Assembly: GCA_009772895.1 (NCBI GenBank)
Contig: WOUP01000007.1
Span: 129,798-193,797 of the forward strand
Origin: Puniceicoccaceae bacterium 5H
GTDB taxonomy: Bacteria; Verrucomicrobiota; Verrucomicrobiia; Opitutales; Oceanipulchritudinaceae
Direction: 5' to 3'
Length of the DNA stretch: 64,000 nt
Part shown: positions 36,056 to 45,251 of the stretch, piece after piece
Numbering within the stretch: position 1 is the first letter of the stretch
Layout: every line of letters begins with the position of its first letter
Notes under the pieces: generated by a model
Database searches by the model: none
What the model was told of the DNA's origin: nothing
Seen by the model: only the letters and a program-made list of their open reading frames with translations
Position numbers and translations under genes: made by a program

Positions 36056-36193
36056 CTTGCGTGTAAATTAGAAAAGTGGTTATATGTTCACCTGTTCGCT
36101 GCATCATCCCTGAACGCATCCTATGTCCCTATTCACCACCTTCACCCCTTGCCGCTTCCCGTGCGGAGGCCTCGACCGGAGGAATGCCCGCCC

Positions 36194-36646
36194 ATGAACC
36201 CACCATCGCAGATTCATCAATGGACGCCTGACGTCCACGACTACCAGGCCGCGGACTACGCCCACCTGCTGCCGCCCGGGCAGGAATGGTTCAGCGTGCG
36301 CGAGGCGGCGGAGCTGCTGCACGTCAGCCCGCAGTATATCCGGGACTGTTTCGAGGCGGGCAAGCTCTTCGGGCATCGCCACAACGGCCGCTCGCGGCGT
36401 GGGCAGGAGCAGCGCCGCCGGGTGCACATCCGTCGCGACAGCCTGCTGCTTTACTTTGCCGAATCCGCCAACTACGACTTCAGCCTCTACCGCCTGCGGT
36501 TGCTGGAGCTGCTGGACGGCCTGCCGGAGCCTTGGCTGGCGGAAGTGCCGGAGTTGGTGCGAGTTCTGCAGCAGCGCCAGGGTGAGAAAAACGCGCTCCG
36601 GCGTGGACACGGGCCTTCCGTAGGCTATGCTGGGCGCAGGGGATGA
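36194..36646 (+). CDS. Excisionase/MerR-like helix-turn-helix DNA-binding protein, first gene of the MoxR operon
   Basis: [34 protein letters not shown]...[14 protein letters not shown] matches the HTH_17 pattern. Its stop overlaps the moxR ATG (ATGA at 36643-36646). Start ATG 36194 is preferred over TTG 36149. Confidence 0.6.
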   Translation: MNPPSQIHQWTPDVHDYQAADYAHLLPPGQEWFSVREAAELLHVSPQYIRDCFEAGKLFGHRHNGRSRRGQEQRRRVHIRRDSLLLYFAESANYDFSLYRLRLLELLDGLPEPWLAEVPELVRVLQQRQGEKNALRRGHGPSVGYAGRRG

Positions 36647-37608
36647 AAGCTAACGTTATACCGGCACCGCGCGTCAAAGCGGCCCTGGACCGTGTCCGGG
36701 CCAACATCACGCAAGTCATCAAGGGCAAGGAAGAGGTGGTCGAGCGCGTGCTCGTGGGCCTGCTGGCCGGTGGCCACTTGCTGATGGAAGACCTGCCGGG
36801 GCTGGGCAAGACGACGCTGGCTTATTCGCTGGCGCGCTCCATCGACTGCGACTTTGCCCGCGTGCAGTTTACGAGCGATCTGTTGCCGAGCGACGTGATC
36901 GGCGTCTCCGTCTACGACGAGCGCCAGCGCGAATTCGTTTTCAAGCGCGGTCCGCTCTTCACCAACATCCTGCTGGCCGACGAGATCAACCGCACCACGC
37001 CCAAGACCCAGTCCGCCCTGCTGGAGGCGATGGACCGCGGCAAGGTGTCCGTCGACGGCCAGACGCACGAGGTGGGCGAGCCGTTCATGGTTTTCGCCAC
37101 GCAAAACCCGGTGGACTACGAGGGCACGTTTCCGCTGCCGGAGAGCCAGATGGACCGCTTTCTCCTGCGCCTCGAAATGGGCTATCCCGACTTTCAGGAC
37201 GAGATGACGATCCTGCAGCGCGGCTTTCAGCACTACGATGCCATCCCGACCGAACCGGTGCTGACCCGCGAGGAGGTGCTGGAGCTGCAGGGTTACGTGG
37301 GGCAGGTCTACTGCGAGCCCACGGTGCTGGAGTATATGTTGCGCATCGTCACCGCCACGCGCACGGAGGCCGAATTTCGCGCCGGGGTGTCCACGCGCGG
37401 CAGCATCGCGCTCAAGACGGCTGCGCAAGCCTGCGCGCTGCTGCGGGGCCGGGGCTTCATCACGCCCCAGGATGTGGCCGACATGGTGCCGCCGGTGCTC
37501 GCCCACCGCCTGACTTTGCGTCGACCGGCTACGGACAGCCTGGAGGCGCACCGCCTGGTCGAGGCCAGCCTCTACCAGATCCTCGACCGCCTGCCGCAAC
37601 CGGTCTAG
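36643..37608 (+). CDS. MoxR-family AAA+ ATPase
   Basis: Walker [13 protein letters not shown], Walker [36 protein letters not shown], 321 aa. Confidence 0.92.
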   Translation: MKANVIPAPRVKAALDRVRANITQVIKGKEEVVERVLVGLLAGGHLLMEDLPGLGKTTLAYSLARSIDCDFARVQFTSDLLPSDVIGVSVYDERQREFVFKRGPLFTNILLADEINRTTPKTQSALLEAMDRGKVSVDGQTHEVGEPFMVFATQNPVDYEGTFPLPESQMDRFLLRLEMGYPDFQDEMTILQRGFQHYDAIPTEPVLTREEVLELQGYVGQVYCEPTVLEYMLRIVTATRTEAEFRAGVSTRGSIALKTAAQACALLRGRGFITPQDVADMVPPVLAHRLTLRRPATDSLEAHRLVEASLYQILDRLPQPV

Positions 37609-37620
37609 GCTTTCCCATCC

Positions 37621-38145
37621 ATGCGCATCGCCACGAGCATTCCCGAACTTGCCCTGCGCGCCGCGGGGCCTGAAGACGTCGACACCATCCTGGAGCTGGT
37701 CCGGGGCTTGGCCGAATACGAACACCTCGAGCACGAGGTGGTCGCTACGCCCGAAGCCTTGCGCGAGACACTTTTCGGCGAGCGCCGCTACGCCGAGGTC
37801 GTCCTGGCTGAGTGGGAGGGTCAGCCGGCCGGCTTCAGCCTGTTTTTCCACAATTACTCCACCTTCCTGGCCAAGCCGGGTATCTACATCGAAGACATCT
37901 TTGTGCTGCCGGCCTACCGGGGGCGCGGGTGCGGCAGTGCGTTGCTGCGCTTCGTGGCGGCCATCGCGGTCGAGCGCGACTGCGGGCGGCTGGAGTGGGC
38001 CGTATTGAACTGGAACGACCCGGCGATCGCCTTTTACCGGGCCAACGGCGCGCTGCCGCTGGAGGAGTGGACGACGCAGCGCGTGACGGGGCAGGCCCTG
38101 GTCGATTTGGCGGCGCGCAGCCTCGCAAAGCCCCATGGCAGCTGA
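37621..38145 (+). CDS. GNAT acetyltransferase, spermidine/spermine (diamine) N-acetyltransferase-like
   Basis: LVRGLAEYEHLEHEV, FFHNYSTFLAKPGIYIEDIFVLPAYRGRGCGSALL, LEWAVLNWNDPAIAFY - SSAT-type signature as I recall it. Confidence 0.8.
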   Translation: MRIATSIPELALRAAGPEDVDTILELVRGLAEYEHLEHEVVATPEALRETLFGERRYAEVVLAEWEGQPAGFSLFFHNYSTFLAKPGIYIEDIFVLPAYRGRGCGSALLRFVAAIAVERDCGRLEWAVLNWNDPAIAFYRANGALPLEEWTTQRVTGQALVDLAARSLAKPHGS

Positions 38146-39289
38146 GAACGCGCAAGGTAACTGGTTGACGCGCAAGGGGCGGGAGTGGTCCGACCCGGGC
38201 TACTTCGTCGGTCAATCGCCTCTGCGCAACGGGGCGCGCGTCATCTGGCACATGGTGCGCCCGCCGCGCGGCCACAAGACGCGCATGACGCGCATCGGCC
38301 TGCTGCTGGTCTTTATTTCCATCGGCCTCGGCTCGGCCGCCTTCAATACGAGCCAGAACATGCTCTACCTCGCGCTGGCGCTGTTGCTCTCGTGTCTGCT
38401 GCTCAGCGGCGTGCTTTCGTGGCTCAACTTCAAGGGCGCACGCTGGCGGCTGGACATCGAGGGGCACTTCCGCGTGGGGCAGTCCGCACCGCTGGAGGTG
38501 GAGGTCTACAACCGCAACCGCTACCTGCCCCTCTACAGCCTCTGGTTTCTGCTGGTGGCCCGGCAGGAAGACGAGGGCACGACCCTGCCGCTGTTGCGCC
38601 CGCTGGGCCCGCAACAGACGCGACGCCTCACCTGGCACTTTACGCCGCAGCGGCGCGGGGTGGAGACGGTTGCCCTGCACAGCATCATTTCCAAATTCCC
38701 CTTCGGCTTCCTGCGCAAGAGCATCGAATGGACGCAGGAACAGGAGATCGAAGTGTGGCCCGAACGCTGCACTTATTCGTGGCACCCGGTCGCCAGCTCG
38801 CGCTATCAGCGGGTGGGGGAGCACCAGACGCGGCTCGGCACGGGTGCGGAACTGCTCAACCTGCGCCACTACCGCCCCGGTGACGCGCTGCGGCAAGTCT
38901 CGTGGAAGGCCACCGCGCGGCAGGGTCGCCTGATGGTGCGCGAGACGGCGGAGGAGAGCCAGGCCCGTTATTGGCTGGAAGTCTCGAGCAACAACCACGT
39001 CTGGAAGCCCGGCGAGCAGTTTGAGCGCTATTGCAGCCTGGTCGCCAGCCTGGCGGAAGACCTCTACCAGCAGGGCCGGCTCGCCGGTGTGATTTTTAAC
39101 GACGAACCGCCGCAGCCGGTGCAACACCTGCCGGAGCTCCAGCAGGTGCTCAGCAAGCTGGCGCGGCTCCAACCCGTGGCCCCCTTCCCGGGGCGCGATC
39201 TGCCCCAACAACCCCGCGTCAGCTTCGGCCCCGGCGCGGGCCCTCACGTGCGTGCCTATGTCAACGGCCAACCCGCAGGCGAAGCTTGA
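38135..39289 (+). CDS. DUF58 domain protein (MoxR-associated)
   Basis: N-terminal TM pair plus the motif LRHYRPGDALRQVSWKATARQGRLMVRE characteristic of DUF58. Start uncertain (38135, 38252 or 38285). Confidence 0.8.
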   Translation: MAAENAQGNWLTRKGREWSDPGYFVGQSPLRNGARVIWHMVRPPRGHKTRMTRIGLLLVFISIGLGSAAFNTSQNMLYLALALLLSCLLLSGVLSWLNFKGARWRLDIEGHFRVGQSAPLEVEVYNRNRYLPLYSLWFLLVARQEDEGTTLPLLRPLGPQQTRRLTWHFTPQRRGVETVALHSIISKFPFGFLRKSIEWTQEQEIEVWPERCTYSWHPVASSRYQRVGEHQTRLGTGAELLNLRHYRPGDALRQVSWKATARQGRLMVRETAEESQARYWLEVSSNNHVWKPGEQFERYCSLVASLAEDLYQQGRLAGVIFNDEPPQPVQHLPELQQVLSKLARLQPVAPFPGRDLPQQPRVSFGPGAGPHVRAYVNGQPAGEA

Positions 39290-41483
39290 GTATCGCTTCC
39301 TGCAGCAGCTGAAGTGGCTGCTCGGGGGGCTGATGGCGCTGATCTCACTGGTCGGGGTCTTCAGCCTCGGCATCGGCGCGGGGCCGGTAGTGGCGCTGGG
39401 CATGGTGTGCATCAGCATCGGGCTCGTCTGGCCGCGTCTGGTGCGGCGCATCCCCAGCTGGGTGTGGAAGGCCGCGACGCCGATCCTCATCATCCTGATC
39501 GTGACGGATTTCGTGCTCGCGGCAGGGGATATCCTTTCGCCGCTGGTGCGCATGATCATGCTGCTCACGATCCTGCGCGCCCTGCAGGAGCGCCGTCGCC
39601 GGGAAGACCTGCAGCTGCTCTTGCTCTCGCTCTTCCTCGTGATCGTGACCGGCGTATTGACGATGGAGCTGACCTTCGCCCTGCAGCTGCTGCTCTATAC
39701 GCCGGTTGCGCTGTTTCAGCTCTTCACGATCAACCTGTCGGAGAACTACGTGGACGAGCAGGAGGGGGACCCCGAGCACTGGCAGCTGTTTCGCTGGCGG
39801 CCTCTGGGCGGCTTTTTGCGGCAGATCCTGCACCCGCGCATGTTGGGGCTCAGCACGCTGCTGTTCTTCGGGCTGGCGGGCATGGCCTCGCTGATCTTCA
39901 TCTCGCTGCCGCGTTTCGACTTTGGCCAGCAGCTGCCCTTCGCGCGGCTCAGCACCAGCTCCGGCGCCCCCGGTCTCAGCGAGGAGGTGACCTACGGCGA
40001 CGTGGTGGACCTGCTCGACGACGATACGATGGCCTTGCGCGTCGATGTGGGCAGCGACATCCCGCCGTCTTCGCCCTATTGGCGCATGCTGGTGCTGGAC
40101 GAGTTTACCGGGGAGGGTTTCCGCGCCTCGCGCTCCCTGCAAAGCACCTTCCGCTACGACGAGCTGACCCGCTTCAGCGCCGAGGGCAGCTACCGCAACC
40201 GCGACCGGGGGGAGGGACAGACCTGGACGTTTTACTTCGAGGGCGGCATCAGCCGCTACTTGCCCATCCCGGGCTCCTTTCACGAGCTGCGGCTGCAAAA
40301 CGAGATGACGCTGGCCTACAGCTATCCGGGGCGTACGCTGCGCACGCAGGAGACGCAAAACAACGTGCTCTTTTATCGTCTGGAAGGCCTGGACCCTACG
40401 GCGCGCGTGATCCCGGCCATGCGGCGGGAGTCCGAGTGGCTGCAGCAATTGTTGAAAAACGGCGGTGAACTGCAGACGGAAGATCCCGGCTATCCGGCCA
40501 CGACACTGGAGTTGCCAGCCGATGCGGGGGCGCGGGCCGCCTTGCAGCGTTGGGTGGCGGAGATCGAGCAGGGACAGGCACTGGGGCCCAATACCTTTAT
40601 CAGCCGGGCCACCGCCTTTTTGCAGCGTGATCGCGGTTACTCGATGCAGGTGCAGATCCCGGACGCGGATTGGACGGAGAACCGCATCTGCCGTTGGGTG
40701 CAGGCGGGCATGGCGGGCCATTGCGAGCTCTACGCTGGGGCGTTGATTCTGTTGGCCCGCGAGGCAGGGATCCCGGCACGCATGGTCACGGGCTTTGCCG
40801 GCGGGGACTGGAACGCCTACGAGCAATATATGATGGTGCGCAATCGCCACGCACACGCCTGGGTGGAGTTCTTCGATCCGGAGGCCGGTTGGGTGCGCGC
40901 CGATCCCACGCCGGCACGCGTTCTGCCGGGTGACAACCAGCAGCAGAGTGAGCAGAACGGGCGCGAGAGCGTGATCGACGACACCCTCAATGCCTATCTG
41001 GACAGCCTGCGCGTGCTCTGGTACCGCCGCGTCGTCAGCTTTGACCGCAGCCAGCAGCAGGAGATGCTGAAGGAGTTGCGGGAGTCGATGGGGCAGTGGG
41101 GGCCGCACCTGCGTGAGCGCCTCAACGCCTGGATGCAGTCTGTTCGCGGCTGGTGGAGCGAGGGCCTGAGCTGGGGCAAGCTGGGCCGTCTGGCTGCCAA
41201 GCTCGCGATCACGCTGGTGATCTGGCTCGGCTTGCGTCTGTTATGGCAGGCGTGGCGCCGGCGGCAGAACAACAAGCCTGGCCGCTTGCACCCAGACCGG
41301 CGCCGCGCGGGCGTGTGGTTGCGCCGACTCGAGGCGTTCAACGCCGCAGACCCGGACGAGCGAGGCCGCGTGAAGGCGCAATTGCTGCTGATCCGCTACG
41401 GCGATATGGAGCAGTGGCCGGAGCGCAAGACCGTCTTTCGCCAAGCTCGCCGTTTGAAGCCGGCCAAAAGATCGACCGTTTGA
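39252..41483 (+). CDS. Transglutaminase-like membrane protein (DUF3488 N-terminal TM region + transglutaminase core)
   Basis: Cys-His-Asp core GHCELYAGALILLAREAGIPARMV...HAWVEFF...GWVRADPTP, with several N-terminal and one C-terminal TM helices. Start is GTG 39252 or ATG 39258, overlapping the DUF58 end. Confidence 0.85.
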   Translation: MPMSTANPQAKLEYRFLQQLKWLLGGLMALISLVGVFSLGIGAGPVVALGMVCISIGLVWPRLVRRIPSWVWKAATPILIILIVTDFVLAAGDILSPLVRMIMLLTILRALQERRRREDLQLLLLSLFLVIVTGVLTMELTFALQLLLYTPVALFQLFTINLSENYVDEQEGDPEHWQLFRWRPLGGFLRQILHPRMLGLSTLLFFGLAGMASLIFISLPRFDFGQQLPFARLSTSSGAPGLSEEVTYGDVVDLLDDDTMALRVDVGSDIPPSSPYWRMLVLDEFTGEGFRASRSLQSTFRYDELTRFSAEGSYRNRDRGEGQTWTFYFEGGISRYLPIPGSFHELRLQNEMTLAYSYPGRTLRTQETQNNVLFYRLEGLDPTARVIPAMRRESEWLQQLLKNGGELQTEDPGYPATTLELPADAGARAALQRWVAEIEQGQALGPNTFISRATAFLQRDRGYSMQVQIPDADWTENRICRWVQAGMAGHCELYAGALILLAREAGIPARMVTGFAGGDWNAYEQYMMVRNRHAHAWVEFFDPEAGWVRADPTPARVLPGDNQQQSEQNGRESVIDDTLNAYLDSLRVLWYRRVVSFDRSQQQEMLKELRESMGQWGPHLRERLNAWMQSVRGWWSEGLSWGKLGRLAAKLAITLVIWLGLRLLWQAWRRRQNNKPGRLHPDRRRAGVWLRRLEAFNAADPDERGRVKAQLLLIRYGDMEQWPERKTVFRQARRLKPAKRSTV

Positions 41484-41620
41484 ACGACGACTTTAGCCTT
41501 GAGCACCAAAATGTCGAAAATTTGACGGCGTAAATTGTAAAAAAACCGTCCGAGAATCGCGTCTGCAAAAGTTTACCCATTTTTACTCATAACGCTCGGT
41601 TCGGTACAGGGTTTGCCCCT

Positions 41621-43831
41621 ATGCAGGCGATGAGTAGGATACTATACGGTCTAAGAGCCTCCCGCGTGCGTGGATGGGGGCTCATGGCGACGGGATTGTT
41701 GCCCTTGTTGCTTCCGCACCGCCTGGCGGCGCAGGATACCGGCGTCGCGGACGCCATTCAACTGGTGCAGCATCACCTGGACATGGCGTGGGTCCTGGTG
41801 GCGGCGGCACTGGTCTTTCTGATGCAGGCGGGCTTTCTCTGCCTCGAAAGCGGCATGTCGCGCGCGAAGAATTCGATCAACGTGGCGGTGAAGAACCTGG
41901 GGGACTTCATCCTCGGCGCGCTGCTGTTCTGGCTGTTCGGCTTTGGCATCATGTTTGGCCACAATGCGGGCTTGGGCAACCTGGTGGGCGGCAGCAACTG
42001 GATGCCGCACTTCGAGTCCAATGCCGATCTGGCGGTCTTCTTTCTCTTTCAAACGATGTTTGCCGGCACGAGTGCCACGATCGTGAGCGGGGCCATCGCC
42101 GAGCGCACGCGCTTCTGGGCCTACATGGGCATTGCCGGCTTTACCATCGGCATCATCTACCCCATCTTTGGCCACTGGGCCTGGGGCAGCCTGTTTTACG
42201 GTGACGGCGCCACAGGCTGGCTGGAGGCGCGCGGCTTCCACGACTTTGCCGGCTCGACGGTGGTGCACAGCGTCGGCGGCTGGGTGGCGCTGGCGGCCGC
42301 GCTGTTGGTCGGACCGCGACGCGACCGTTTCGACGTCAAAGGGCGCCCGCAAACGATCCAGCCGCACAGCCCGATCATGGTCTACCTGGGCGCGTTGCTG
42401 CTGTTCTTCGGCTGGTTCGGCTTCAATGCCGGCAGCACGCTGGAAGCCACCGAATCCATCGCGAGCATCGCGGTCAATACGATGCTAGCGGGCTGCGCGG
42501 GCTCGCTCTTCGCGGGCATCACCAGCGCGGTGATGGACCGTCAGCACAAGGTGCAGGCCATCAGCCTCGCCAATGGCGTGATCGCGGGTCTGGTCGGCAT
42601 CACGGCGGGCTGCGATGCGGTCTCGGCCGGCGGGGCGGTGCTGATCGGCGTCGTGGCCGGAGTGCTGCTCGAGCTGGGCGGCAAACTGCTCGAGCGTCTG
42701 AAGATCGACGACGTGGTGGGCGCGGTCCCGGCGCACGGCATGTGCGGCGTCTGGGGCACGCTGGCCGTCGGCCTGCTGGCAGTCAACGTGCCCGAGGGCA
42801 TGACCCGCATGGGCTTGATCGGCGTGCAGGCGCTGGGGGCGCTGGTGGCCTTTGCCTGGGCCTTCGGTTCCGCCTGGATCATCATCGGGCTGGTCAACCG
42901 CATCCTGCCGATGCGCGTCGACCCCGAGGACGAAGCCCTGGGCCTCAACCTGGCCGAGCACGGCAGCAGTTCTTCGTTGCTCGACCTGGCAGCGTCGATG
43001 GAATCCATCTCCAGCACGGGCAACTACGAGCGCCGGGTGCAAGTGGAGGTGGGCACCGAGGTTGGCGACCTCGCCCGCAGCTTCAATCGCCTGCTCTCGG
43101 CAGTCGATACGGCCCTGGAACGCAACAACGAGATCGTCAACCGCTCGCAGGCGCACCTGGAGGAGAATCTACAGCACCTCGAGGGCGATACGCGCACGAC
43201 CAGCGAACGCCTGCGGGCGGCGCACGCACGGGCGGAAGGCATGAACGGCCAGCTGGAAGTGATGAGCGCCAATCTGGGGCAAAACAAGGAGAAGCTGGAG
43301 CGTTCGACCGCCGACATCCGCTCCAACGCCAAGACCCTTTCCGGTCAGGCCGACGAGATCCTCGACACCATCCGCACCATCGCGGACTCGACCAACCTGC
43401 TGGCGCTCAACGCCTCCATCGAGGCCGCGCGGGCGGGCGAAGCCGGGGCCGGATTTGCCGTGGTGGCCGAAGAGGTGCGCCGCCTCGCCCGCAAGTCGCA
43501 GCAGGCCGTGGGTGAGATCGAGGAGCGTATGGTCGCGATGGGCCGGCTCAACCAGGAGCTGCTCGACGGCTTGCTGGGGCAGGCCACCGAGAGCCGCGAA
43601 TCCGCCGGCTCCTGCACGTCTCTGCACGAGGCCACGAGCGAGCTGATGCAGGTCCTGACCGAGGTGATGGAGGGCGCGCGCCACACGCAGGAAAATGTGG
43701 AGCGCACCTACGCCCGCCTGAACGAGATTTACAGCGACGCCGCCGAGCAGGCCGTTCCGCACCGCGATCGGCCCTACCTCAAGCGCGTGCCGATGGACGA
43801 CGCGGTCCTTGAGACGGCCGGGCTTTCCTGA
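41621..43831 (+). CDS. Ammonium transporter (Amt) fused to HAMP-like linker and methyl-accepting chemotaxis (MCP) signalling domain
   Basis: Amt motifs GHWAWGS...[59 protein letters not shown]. Then [16 protein letters not shown] (HAMP-like). Then the MCP hairpin core [48 protein letters not shown]. Confidence 0.85.
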   Translation: MQAMSRILYGLRASRVRGWGLMATGLLPLLLPHRLAAQDTGVADAIQLVQHHLDMAWVLVAAALVFLMQAGFLCLESGMSRAKNSINVAVKNLGDFILGALLFWLFGFGIMFGHNAGLGNLVGGSNWMPHFESNADLAVFFLFQTMFAGTSATIVSGAIAERTRFWAYMGIAGFTIGIIYPIFGHWAWGSLFYGDGATGWLEARGFHDFAGSTVVHSVGGWVALAAALLVGPRRDRFDVKGRPQTIQPHSPIMVYLGALLLFFGWFGFNAGSTLEATESIASIAVNTMLAGCAGSLFAGITSAVMDRQHKVQAISLANGVIAGLVGITAGCDAVSAGGAVLIGVVAGVLLELGGKLLERLKIDDVVGAVPAHGMCGVWGTLAVGLLAVNVPEGMTRMGLIGVQALGALVAFAWAFGSAWIIIGLVNRILPMRVDPEDEALGLNLAEHGSSSSLLDLAASMESISSTGNYERRVQVEVGTEVGDLARSFNRLLSAVDTALERNNEIVNRSQAHLEENLQHLEGDTRTTSERLRAAHARAEGMNGQLEVMSANLGQNKEKLERSTADIRSNAKTLSGQADEILDTIRTIADSTNLLALNASIEAARAGEAGAGFAVVAEEVRRLARKSQQAVGEIEERMVAMGRLNQELLDGLLGQATESRESAGSCTSLHEATSELMQVLTEVMEGARHTQENVERTYARLNEIYSDAAEQAVPHRDRPYLKRVPMDDAVLETAGLS

Positions 43832-43856
43832 GGAATACTGGTTAGCGAGAATCCAT

Positions 43857-43893
43857 AAAAAAACGGGCTCCCGGCAAGAGGGGAGCCCGTTTT
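43857..43893. terminator. Bidirectional intrinsic terminator between the convergent amt-MCP and OMP genes
   Basis: AAAAAAA-acgggctccc-ggcaagag-gggagcccgt-TTTT. Confidence 0.75.
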
Positions 43894-43917
43894 CGGTTAA
43901 AGAGGTTGGGTGCGGCG

Positions 43918-44514
43918 CTATTCGCCGAAGAAGTAGCTCAGGCTGAGGGCGAAGCTGAAGCCTTTGCCGGTGAGGTCTTCGGCGCCGTATTCATCGCCGA
44001 ACATCACGTAATTGTAGCAAACCTGATAGTTGAGAGCGACGTTGTCGGCCAGGAATTGCTGCACGCCCACGCGGGCACCGAGTTGGAGCCCGTCGACATT
44101 GCCGTCCAGACCGTAGCCATACTCGTTAGCATCGAGATCTGCCCGCAGGTAGCCGAGGCTGGCCCCAAGATAGGGGGAGAAACTGCCGGCGCTGGGCAGA
44201 TAGTAGTCGGCAGTCAGCGCCGCGCTGAAGGTGCTGAAGGTCGCGTCGGCTTCGTCGTCCACTTCTGCGTGGAGACGGCGGTAGGTGCCTTCGACCCCAA
44301 GGGCCAATTTATCGAGCACGAAGTAGCCGTAGTGGGCGAGGTAGGTGTTGCCGTTCAGATCGGCGTTTCCATCCACGTCGTCAACTTCGAGCTCCATGGT
44401 TTGGTAGGCCCCGCCGAGGCTGAACTCGGAGTCGCCTTGCGCGGCAAAGATTGAGGCTGGGGCCAAAGTCAGGCCGAGCGTGCTGCCAATCAGGTAATAA
44501 AGCGAATTTTTCAT
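43918..44514 (-). CDS. Outer-membrane beta-barrel protein (OmpA-like beta-barrel / OMP_b-brl type)
   Basis: Signal peptide MKNSLYYLIGSTLGLTLAPASIFA, alternating aromatic/Gly beta-strand pattern, C-terminal ...LSLSYFF. Start moved to 44514. Confidence 0.7.
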   Translation of the reverse strand: MKNSLYYLIGSTLGLTLAPASIFAAQGDSEFSLGGAYQTMELEVDDVDGNADLNGNTYLAHYGYFVLDKLALGVEGTYRRLHAEVDDEADATFSTFSAALTADYYLPSAGSFSPYLGASLGYLRADLDANEYGYGLDGNVDGLQLGARVGVQQFLADNVALNYQVCYNYVMFGDEYGAEDLTGKGFSFALSLSYFFGE

Positions 44515-44628
44515 CGTTAGATTAGGTTTAACATCTAATAATGAGCAGAAGCCCAACAGCTCAGCGCACAAAAAAGGCCGGCACCCGATGGGTTGCCGGC
44601 CTGGAAAACAGCTTTGGAAGCGGCTTGC

Positions 44629-45159
44629 TTAGCCAGCCTGGAGCGTCTCTTCGCCCTTTTGCCAGTTGCAGGGGCAGAGCTCGTCGGACTGGATGGCGTC
44701 GAGCACGCGGATGATTTCCTTCACGTTGCGGCCCACGTTGAGGTTGTAGACGCTGACGTGCTGGACGACGCCGTGCGGGTCGACGATGAAGGTGGCGCGG
44801 TAGCACACGCCTTCGGTCTCTTCCACGATGCCGAGCTCACGGGCGAGCTTGGCGGCGGCGATCAGCGGGAAGTTGAGCTCGCGCAGGTCGTCGTGGCTCT
44901 TGCGCCAGGCGAGGTGGCTGAACTCGTTGTCCGTGCTGCCACCGATGACGACGGCGTCGCGGTCTTCGAAGTCTTCCAGCGCCTTGTTGAATTCCACGAT
45001 CTCGGTCGGGCAGACGAAGGTGAAGTCCTTCGGGTAGAAGAAATAGACCTTCCACTTACCGGCGTTGGATTCGTGGGTGATCGTTTCGATGTCCTTGTTG
45101 TCGAGGCCCACGCAAGCTTGCGCGCGGAACTCGGGGAACTTTTGGCCAACGGTTATCAT
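44629..45159 (-). CDS. ahpC: 2-Cys peroxiredoxin AhpC
   Basis: Peroxidatic motif FYPKDFTFVCPTE, resolving Cys ELCPCNW, 176 aa. The upstream part of the 249-aa track ORF is Arg-rich junk. Confidence 0.9.
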   Translation of the reverse strand: MITVGQKFPEFRAQACVGLDNKDIETITHESNAGKWKVYFFYPKDFTFVCPTEIVEFNKALEDFEDRDAVVIGGSTDNEFSHLAWRKSHDDLRELNFPLIAAAKLARELGIVEETEGVCYRATFIVDPHGVVQHVSVYNLNVGRNVKEIIRVLDAIQSDELCPCNWQKGEETLQAG

Positions 45160-45251
45160 TGTAAGTGTCGAATTCAGGTTAAGGGCCGGTATTTTCGCCA
45201 CGACGGCCCGTACGCCAAGGTTTTTCTGGCTTCGTTCCTCATTGCAAACGG

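Noticed and set aside
34128-39568. Long minus-strand ORFs 34128-35705 (525 aa), 36625-38175 (516 aa) and 37835-39568 (577 aa)
   Set aside because: They are shadows of the secreted protein and of the MoxR, GNAT and DUF58 frames, which carry Walker A/B, GNAT and DUF58 motifs. There is no domain signal in the antisense translations.
41499-41515. Sigma54 (-24/-12) promoter upstream of the amt-MCP gene (TTGAGCACCAAAATGTC)
   Set aside because: The -24 GG is AG and the -12 element is GTC rather than TGC. That is too degenerate to call by eye. No NtrC-type enhancer repeats were noticed.
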